A DNA stretch of 56,004 nt from NCBI RefSeq assembly GCF_964194155.1, contig NC_135882.1, positions 90,837,997 to 90,894,000 of the forward strand, written 5' to 3'. Below the pieces are notes generated by a model. That model saw nothing but the letters and a program-made list of their open reading frames with translations. It made no database searches and was not told where the DNA came from. The translations under genes were made by a program, and so were the position numbers. Positions within the stretch are counted from its first letter, which is position 1. Every line of letters starts with the position of its first letter. The DNA is from Cetorhinus maximus (Eukaryota). Shown here in pieces: positions 48,390 through 56,004 of this stretch.

Positions 48390-49250
48390 ATGTCTTGGAC
48401 TTTGATACAGAAACACAATCACAATCTCAATTTTCTGATGACACAAAAGTAGGAGACTTGGCAAATATTGAAGAGGACTGAAGAAGACTTCAGGAAGACA
48501 AGTTAGTGGAATGGGCAGACAGGTGGTAGATACAATTTCATGAGAATAAGTTTGAAGAAAAAAACAAGAAATGGGAGTATACAATTAAAGAATGATGCCC
48601 ACAGCAAATGAACAGATAAACATATGTTAAAATACATAATTGCCTGAAAATGCAAGCAGAAAAAGCTACAAATAGGCCAGTAGAATTTTGAGATAAGGGC
48701 ATTGAGTACAAGAATAAGGAAGTAATCATATATGCAAAACTTTGATAAGGCAATTAGGAGTATCTGTGTGCAGTTCTGAATGCTCCATTATGTGAATGAC
48801 GTTAAATCTATAGAGAGCATGCATTGGTAGATACACCAAGGTAATGTCAGGAATGCAAACTATTGTTATAAGAAGAGATTTGAGATACTGGGACTATTTA
48901 CACATGAACAGAAAAGGCTAAATGAGGTTTTTAAATCTATTAAGGGTGTTTCAATGCACTTTGATGTGTGTAGAGAAAGGGTATATCTTCAATTTGGGGA
49001 GTTGGTAACAAGGGTCACCAATTTAAAATTACCACTGTTGTAATGACGGGTCATCAACCAGAAAATTTTGCTATTTCTCTCCACAGATGCTGCCTGACTT
49101 GCTGAATATTCCCAGCATTTTCTGTTTTTACTTCAGATTTCCAATATCCTGCAGTATTTTGCTTTGGGATTAGTTTCGGATTGCTCTAGCAGAGACAGCA
49201 TAAACAGAATGGACCTAATGGTCTTCTCCTATGCTGTTAACATCTACGGT
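48390..49250 (+). mobile_element. Decayed CR1 fragment containing a Penelope-like 3' end (about 49040-49168)
   Basis: Degenerate RT C-terminus; insert CTCTCCACAGATGCTGCCTGACTTGCTGAATATTCCCAGCATTTTCTG matches the ends at 23470-23560 and 27650-27743. Confidence 0.7.
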
Positions 49251-49626
49251 TTGAACGATAAACTGATTATATAAAAATGCTGTTGATATTAAAGCGAGAT
49301 GCTAAAGCAGGTGAAGATATCTTTATTCAGGCTTTCATTTCTGGAGACAAAAATACACAGTAGAAAGGGGATTATGTCTCCTTTTGAAGACTATCCGTAA
49401 ATAATTATAAGTGCATTATGTTCTGCCAACTTTAGTTCATTCTACAATGAACCGCAAGCCATTGGAAATGGTTCCAGATGTGGCATAGCTCTAAGAATTA
49501 GGGTTAAGTATCTAATAGAGATACCATTGTGGCAGTGAGGAATGTTCTTCTGAAATCAGTTCTGACACACCATGTCTTGCCTGAAACAACTTATGAAGGT
49601 TTCTCCACAACTTGTATTGTTTACAG

Positions 49627-49740
49627 GTTCTAAATGCGTTGAACACATGAAACGTCAGAGAGAAGAAAAAGAAGTCAATTCACATCAGTACAACTGGGCC
49701 AAACTCGAGTGTCCAGAGATAAGGCCTACTGTAGAGTGCG
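49627..49740 (+). other. PLAG1: PLAG1 5'UTR part of the first coding exon
   Basis: Acceptor TTGTATTGTTTACAG| ending 49626; contains uATGs at 49634 and 49647. Confidence 0.7.
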
Positions 49741-49982
49741 ATGGCCACTGTCATCCCTGGTGATCTTTTAGAAGTAAAGGATACTCAGAAAGTTCTAGCG
49801 GGGAAACGTAAACGAAGTGAAACCAAATCGAGAAAAGCCTTCCCTTGTCAGTTGTGTGGAAAGATCTTCACAAGTGTTGAGAAATTGAAAGTGCATTCAT
49901 ATTCGCACACCGGAGAAAGACCCTACAAGTGTTCACACGAGGCCTGTACCAAGGCATTTGTGTCTAAGTATAAGCTGCTGAG
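49741..49982 (+). CDS. PLAG1: PLAG1 zinc finger protein, coding exon 1
   Basis: MATVIPGDL...KRKR (NLS), ZF1 and most of ZF2; phase-2 donor AG|GTACGG at 49983. Confidence 0.97.
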
Positions 49983-50825
49983 GTACGGAAAACCTTATAC
50001 AGAATAGGAAATTTTATATTTCACAGCAACATTGGGGATATTTGTCTCTGACATTTTGGTAATTTAGCATCATAAAAAAAGTACAGCAATTCTAAATTTC
50101 AGATTTGGACTCATTCTAAATTAAACAATTGCCTGCAACTATACACTTAAATGATTTCACAGCAGACATTGCAAGAGCCTGTAGAAAATTAGATTGAGGA
50201 AAGAAATACATTTTTGACAAAGATGATCAAGGTGACAATGACCAGATATTCAGACTGAAACTGGTGCAATGGTTGCACGTATAGACAGGCTCACTTTGAT
50301 GCAACAGACAATGGAATATTTGACTAAATGTTGCTGTCAGATTTTGAATGACTTAAGGTACTGTTATTTTTCTAATTGCTGTTTTTATTGTGTTTTAGAT
50401 ATATAAAGCGTGTAGAGGTTCTGCAAAAGACAACAAAACAAATGTAACCGAATTCATTAATGAATATATTCAAAGGGCAGGAATTTCCACTAGATTCACC
50501 CAAAATTGGCCAAACCAACGCAAATAGAGTTTCCACGACATTTCATGCTATTTTAAAAGACATTGCACTTGAACTTGCTCTGGCCCACAAAACTAGTCAA
50601 GCTGCCCCTCACCCCTATGACCAGTCAAATTTAGGACATGGTGATAATGTCACTAGACGAGTAATCCAGAGGCCCAGGCTAATCCTCTAGAGGCATGGGT
50701 TCAAATCCCACTACAGCAGCTGGTGGAATTTAAAATCAATTAGTAAAACCTGGAATTGAAAGCAAGCCTCAGTAATGACCATGAAACTATCATCGATTGT
50801 CGTGAAAACCCACCTGATTCACTAA

Positions 50826-50931
50826 GGAGGTGGTGGTATAATAGTATTGTCACTGGATCAGTGACCCAGGGTAATGCTCTAGGGACCTAGGTTCAAATCA
50901 TGCCGCAGCAGATGGTGAAATCTGAATTCAA
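50826..50931 (+). mobile_element. Second SINE head (tRNA-like region only)
   Basis: GGAGGTGGTGGTATAATAG...CCCAGGGTAATGCTCT.GGGACCTAGGTTCAAATC matches 19013-19113. Confidence 0.85.
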
Positions 50932-50942
50932 TTTACCAAGCA

Positions 50943-51061
50943 GTCAGGATAGCCAAGTGATCTAACGTGTCAGACTTGAGGAGTGTGATTCCTTGCCTTG
51001 CAGTGACTTGATGAATTCTGGTCCCTTTCTAGGGTCATGGGTTCAAATCCCACTCCTGACA
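50943..51061 (+). pseudogene. Intron-containing tRNA-Leu(CAA)-like pseudogene
   Basis: Acceptor stem GTCAGGA/TCCTGAC + A discriminator; decayed D arm; anticodon position reads TGA (50977-50979); 35-nt intron 50981-51015; long variable arm; GGGTTCAAATCCCAC T arm. Confidence 0.8.
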
Positions 51062-51063
51062 TT

Positions 51064-51261
51064 CCATTTTAACAGGTCCAGGCAGCAGGCTGTTTGCCCC
51101 TTTCCTGCGGCTATGTTCATGGCCAGGTGTCCCTGGAGAGGGAGCACGCGGTGTCTGCCGGCACTGTCGAGGCCTTCTGTACTCGGGCACCACGGGGACT
51201 TGGGTGTTTCATTGACCTTCTTAATCATATTTTGGCTTAATGTTTGTAAGTTTAAAAAAAA
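51064..51261 (+). mobile_element. 3' end of a Tx1-like LINE with poly(A)
   Basis: Translates as NRSRQQAV / CLPLSCGYVHGQVSLEREHAVSAGTVEAF..APRGLGC*, resembling remembered Tx1 ORF2 C-termini; A8 at 51254-51261. Confidence 0.6.
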
Positions 51262-51354
51262 TGCTCTTTAGGGAAGAAAATCTGTCATCCTTGTCTGGAC
51301 TACATGTGACTCCAGATCCATGGCAATGTGGTTGACTCTTAACTGCCCTCTGAA

Positions 51355-52470
51355 TTCTTTTTTTTTAATATTCATTCATGGCTAGGCCAGCATTTATTTC
51401 CCATCCCTAATTGCCCTTGAGAAGGTGGTTGTGAGCTGCCTTCTTGAGCCACTGCAGTCCATGCAATATAGGAACATCTACAGTGCTGTTAGGGAGGGAG
51501 TTCCAGGGTTTTGACACAGCGACAGTGAAGGGACGGTGATATATTTCCAAGTCAGGATGGTGAGTGGCTTGGAGGGGAACTTCCAGGTGGTGGTTTTCCT
51601 ATGTGTCTGCTGTCCTTGTTCTTCTGGATGGTATTGGTTGTGGGTTTGGAAGGTGCTGTCTAAGGAGCCTTGGTGATTTCCTGCAGTGCATCTTGTAGAT
51701 GGTATGCACTGCTGCCACTGTGCATTGGTGGTGGAGAGAGTAAATGTTTGTGGACTGGGTGCCAATCAAGTGGGCTGCTTTCTCTTGGATAGTGTTGTGG
51801 GAGCTGCGTTCATCCAGTCAAGTGGGGAGTATTCCATCACACTCTTGATTTGTACCTTGTAGATGGTGGACAGGCTTTCAGGAGTCAGAAGGTGAGTTTC
51901 TCACCGCAGGATTCCTAGCCTATGGCCTGCTCTTGGAGCCACAGTATTTCTCTGTCTAGTCCAGTTCAGTTTCTGGTCAATGGTAATCCCCAGGATAGCT
52001 GATAGTGGGGGATTCAGCGATGGTAATGCCATTGAATGTCAAGGGGCGATGGTTTGATTCTCTCCTGTTGGAGATGGTCATTGCCTGGCACTTGTGTGGC
52101 GTGAATATTACTTGCCACTTGTCAGCCCAAGGCTGGATATTGTTCACATCTTGCTGCATTTGGACATGGACTGCTTCAGTATCTGAGGAGTCGTGAATGG
52201 TGTTGAACATTGTGCAATCATGAGCGAACATCCCCCCTCGTGACCTTATGATGGAAGGAAGGTAATTCATTGATGAAGCAGCTGAAGATGGTTGGGCCTC
52301 AGACACAACCCTGGGGAACTCCTGCAGTGATGTCCTGGAACTGAGATGATTGACCGCCAACAACCACAACCGTCTTCCTTTGTGCTAGGTATGACTCCAA
52401 CCAGCAGAGAGTCTTCCCCAATTCCCATTAACTGTAGGTTTGCTCGGGTTACTTGATGCCACATTCAGTT
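51355..52470 (-). mobile_element. 5'-truncated copy of the 19013-22195 LINE family inserted in its cognate SINE
   Basis: Poly-T start, RT remnant (ORF 51977-52369), same tail. Confidence 0.92.
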
Positions 52471-53099
52471 CAAGTCACTCAGTTCAAGGGCAATTAGGGA
52501 TGGTTAACAAATGCCGGCCTTGTCAGTAATGCCTACATCACGTGAAACAATAAATTAATTACTATCATGCGTTTCCATTAATTGCACCAGCTTGCAAGCC
52601 TTCGAGGTTCTAAAAACTTTTTGGGTGCAAGGACACAAATAGACACTTAGTAAAATCTTTTAAATATTTGTCATTTTCAGCTATTTAAAATTGTTACTTA
52701 CAGGTGGTTAACTAGCTCTGGTTAACTCTGATTACATTTTGTGATGATCCCGTTTTCAGCTATATTCATCAAACTGCACCATTATCATATATCAAGCAAT
52801 TTTTTTAATGCAATGTTTTTAAAAAGCTCTTCTAAAACATTACCAGTTTGTGCTGGTTCATGGCAGATTTTACGCTTGATATTGAAATTAGTTTGAACAA
52901 AACTTGGGTGAAATTACTTCCCAAAACTAGCACAATTTCAGGTGCAGTTTGCGCCTTGATCACAGATTGTGCCTAGAACAGAAACTCTATCCCAAGACCT
53001 TTATTGAATGCTTTCAGCATCTATATTTTTTTTGCCAAAGATTTTCACTGTTTCCAATCCTTTTCAAAACATGCACTTTTGACAGCATCCAAAAATAGC

Positions 53100-53240
53100 A
53101 TTTAAATGGATAGATACAATATAAATAATCCAGAAACATTAAGGGGTTTAGGGCAAGAACAGGTATATGGAGTTAGGTCGCAGGTCAGCCATGATCTCAC
53201 TGTATAGCGGAAGAGGCTCAAGGGGTCAAATGTCCTACTC
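53100..53240 (+). mobile_element. CR1 3' tail fragment
   Basis: CAGCCATGATCTCACTG...GGCTCAAGGGGTCAAATGTCCTACTCCTGTTC, like 35886-35945. Confidence 0.7.
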
Positions 53241-54636
53241 CTGTTCACATCCTATGAATCTGGTCTAATTTGCAAGTAGTTGAATGTTCACACACATATA
53301 AGCCTACACAAAAACATGGAACTTAGCATGAAGCCACATCCTTCAACTCTGACAGCACAGTTTCAACACCAACCCATGTAACAATTCTAATTATGCAAGT
53401 GTAAAATTTTTGTAGGAATTACAGCCAATAAAAAAAGCAATACAATCACAGAAGTTGCATTTCTCAGAATTTTAGTCATTTTAATCTAGTATCTTCAGCA
53501 TTTTTTTTTACACGATTCCTTAGCCGTGTTTTAAACAATCTGCTGTAAAAGTAAAATAAACATTAATTTCTTATGGCTTAGAATTGTTGTTCATGTAAAT
53601 GTTTGACATAATCCGATTAGAAATTAGTGTTTGAAGTATTTGTGTAGAAAATCAGTGAAATAATTTTTTCTTTAGTTTTAAACTTAATTGTATTCAAAGT
53701 AGCTTCAAATTAAGATGATATGACAATTTTTCGATAAAATCCTATTTTTACAGTAACTGTTTGAAAAGAAAGTATGCATTTAATTTTTGCAATGCTTATT
53801 TTATATCTATACTTATATTGTGAATATATTTTATAACTTAATAATATGGATGCTTAATACTTCAGCCAAATTACTTTCTTCTATTTTAACATGGGGTGAT
53901 AACTCGAACAGATTAATGCTGGTGAGAGGAATTTAGTATTAACACTAAGCATTTATATGGTAATATCTCCAACAAAATGTAAAGCCCATTCAAAAAAGAT
54001 TTTTTTTCAACTGTTAATTGCTTTCCCTATGTTTATTAATTCAATGTCTATCTTTCCCTGACGGTGGTACTTTAGATGCAAATCACAACGTCATAAAATG
54101 TTTCAGCAATTTCCTTCAATAACACAGTGGCATTTTTGGATGCTGTCAACAATTTTGATTAACTAATTCAACACAAGTTTCATTGAAGTAAACTAACTTT
54201 TAGAAAAATATAACCTTATTTCCCCATGCAAAAACTCAAGGCTATTTTAATCATATGAATAGTATAATCCTCACAGCCTACATGCGCTAATACATATGAC
54301 TAAATGTTTATAAATTCTTACTTGCCAAAACCTTGTTATTTATACTGTTTCTGACATTTTTGCTGTTAAAATGACTATGCTCTATAATTTCAAGAAATGG
54401 TCAATTTAGTTAATATATTCTATTAAATTTAAATCATTTATATGGATGTATAAGGTTACAAAATTATAGTCATTTATAAGCCAGATTTTCTGTTGAAAAA
54501 TGAATTCAATTTGTTTTTGTGTGGCGTATTGTAATGTGTATTGCCTACCTGCAAACATGGAAGGCCAGTACAATTTACTTTTATGCAGATGTTTAAATGA
54601 GTTTCCAGTATCAGTAACAACTTGTATCTATTCAAG

Positions 54637-55900
54637 GCATATGGCCACCCATTCACCTCAGAAGACCCACAAGTGTACTTACTGTGAGAAAATGTTCCAT
54701 CGTAAAGATCATCTAAAGAACCACCTGCAGACTCATGATCCAAACAAGGAAGCCTTCAAGTGTGAGGAATGTGGGAAAAACTACAATACAAAGCTTGGCT
54801 ATAAACGTCATCTGGCTCTGCATGCTGCAACTAGTGGTGACCTCACCTGTAAAGTGTGCTTACAAACATTTGAAAGCACAGGGGTGTTACTGGAGCACCT
54901 GAAGACGCATGCTGGCAAGTCATCAAGTGGCACAAAGGAAAAGAAACACCAGTGTGACCACTGTGACCGTTGTTTCTATACTCGTAAAGATGTTCGGAGA
55001 CATATGGTAGTACACACTGGAAGGAAAGACTTCCTTTGTCAGTACTGTGCCCAGAGATTTGGTCGGAAGGACCATTTGACACGCCATATGAAGAAAAGTC
55101 ATTCACAGGAGCTGCTAAAGGTGAAAACTGAACCACCAGACTTTATGGATCTCTTTAGCTCTAATCCGTCATTGTCATTGAAAGATGAGCTAACTCCAGT
55201 GATGTCAGTGGTTTCCAGTGAACTGACAAGTAGGCCATTTACAAATACTTTACAAATGAATATCTACAGTGCCCATATTCAGACCATGCAAACATTAGGG
55301 TCAACAAACCAAATGGTCTCTACACCATTACCTTTAGGAATGGGTTGCCCACTAGAAATTGAGTCTTCAATTCGCTCTCCTCAAGAACTCTCCTCAAAAT
55401 ATTTTCTTGGTTCTACCTCATATGCCATTGCAATGCCTGAAAAAGGACAACCATTAAAAAGTGAGATAGACAGTTACTTAATGGATCTACAAAGTGATTT
55501 GCTTTCCTCTGCCCATGACACTCAATCATCCTCATCAAAACTAAGTTCGGAATTGCAGGCAGGGTCTCTGGGTGATGGATCCGGTGATATTTTGCTTTCA
55601 AAAAGTCCAACGGTCCTCGGTGAACCTCTGAATACATCATCCTTGGACTTTTCTCAGTTGTTAAGTTTCTTGCCACTTAATAGCCCTCCATACAATCAAC
55701 CAGTTTCTTTGGGCAATCCTGGAATGTGTTATACACAGGAAGAACCTCACGCATCCCTAATTCCACTCCCACCACAGTGCCAGGATTCACATGAAACTGG
55801 CAACAGTATTGCTCTCAATGCTCTGCATCCCTTATCTACAGTCTTCACAACTAGCTTAAGCACAACAACCCTACCACGTTTTCACCAGGCTTTTCAGTAG
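54637..55900 (+). CDS. PLAG1: PLAG1 zinc finger protein, last coding exon (total CDS 1506 nt, 501 aa)
   Basis: Acceptor TTCAAG| restores ..KLLR-HMATH of ZF2; ZF3-7; SUMO-type motifs VKTE, LKDE, LKSE; Ser-rich activation region; C-terminus TTLPRFHQAFQ*, TAG 55898-55900. Confidence 0.98.
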
Positions 55901-56004
55901 ACAGTAAGAATTTATTTCTTATCCGCTTCCTTTTACAAATATTCTACTATGTGATGCCAGTTACCCAGATGGAACATTAAGGAATTGGATTGTAGAATCC
56001 TTAA

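Larger units (their letters stand above)
50636..52554 (+). mobile_element. tRNA-derived SINE in three pieces (50636-50825, 51262-51354, 52471-52554)
   Basis: B box GGTTCAAATCC; body colinear with 19013-19313; tail colinear with 22120-22195. Confidence 0.88.

Noticed and set aside
49983-50007. YGKPYTE* end of the 88-aa ORF
   Set aside because: Lies past the splice donor
50943-51061. Functional tRNA with a Ser(TGA) anticodon on a Leu body
   Set aside because: Multiple substitutions in D arm, anticodon stem and B box indicate decay
54500-54588. N-terminus of the 466-aa ORF as a single-exon gene
   Set aside because: Intronic read-through; homologous N-terminus is in the exon at 49741
49741-55900. 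PLAGL2 or PLAGL1 identity
   Set aside because: [10 protein letters not shown]-terminus, KRKR NLS and finger sequences match PLAG1

Overview
Vertebrate genomic DNA; the repeat content suggests a shark or other cartilaginous fish (inference). The window spans almost the whole PLAG1 zinc-finger gene on the + strand: a promoter and first exon at about 4.2-4.55 kb, a roughly 45-kb 5'UTR intron region, and two coding exons (49741-49982 + 54637-55900, 501 aa, seven C2H2 fingers). The promoter looks bidirectional, with a minus-strand exon/donor where CHCHD7 would be expected, and abuts about 4 kb of pyrimidine satellites. The introns hold decayed, often nested transposons (CR1, RTE, L2, Penelope, pogo/Tigger, Harbinger, SINEs). 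Top observations: (1) a near full-length LINE with a tRNA-type Pol III promoter head and almost no T4 terminators, with its head+tail SINE counterpart in the same window; (2) a strong-Kozak 40-codon uORF in PLAG1 exon 1 that appears conserved with human; (3) a SINE head + intron-containing tRNA-Leu + Tx1 tail chimera; (4) a 1.57-kb palindromic Penelope insertion with GIY-YIG domain and minimal hammerhead ribozyme motifs. Repeat family names and human comparisons come from motif recognition and memory, not database searches; repeat boundaries are approximate unless a TSD is given.
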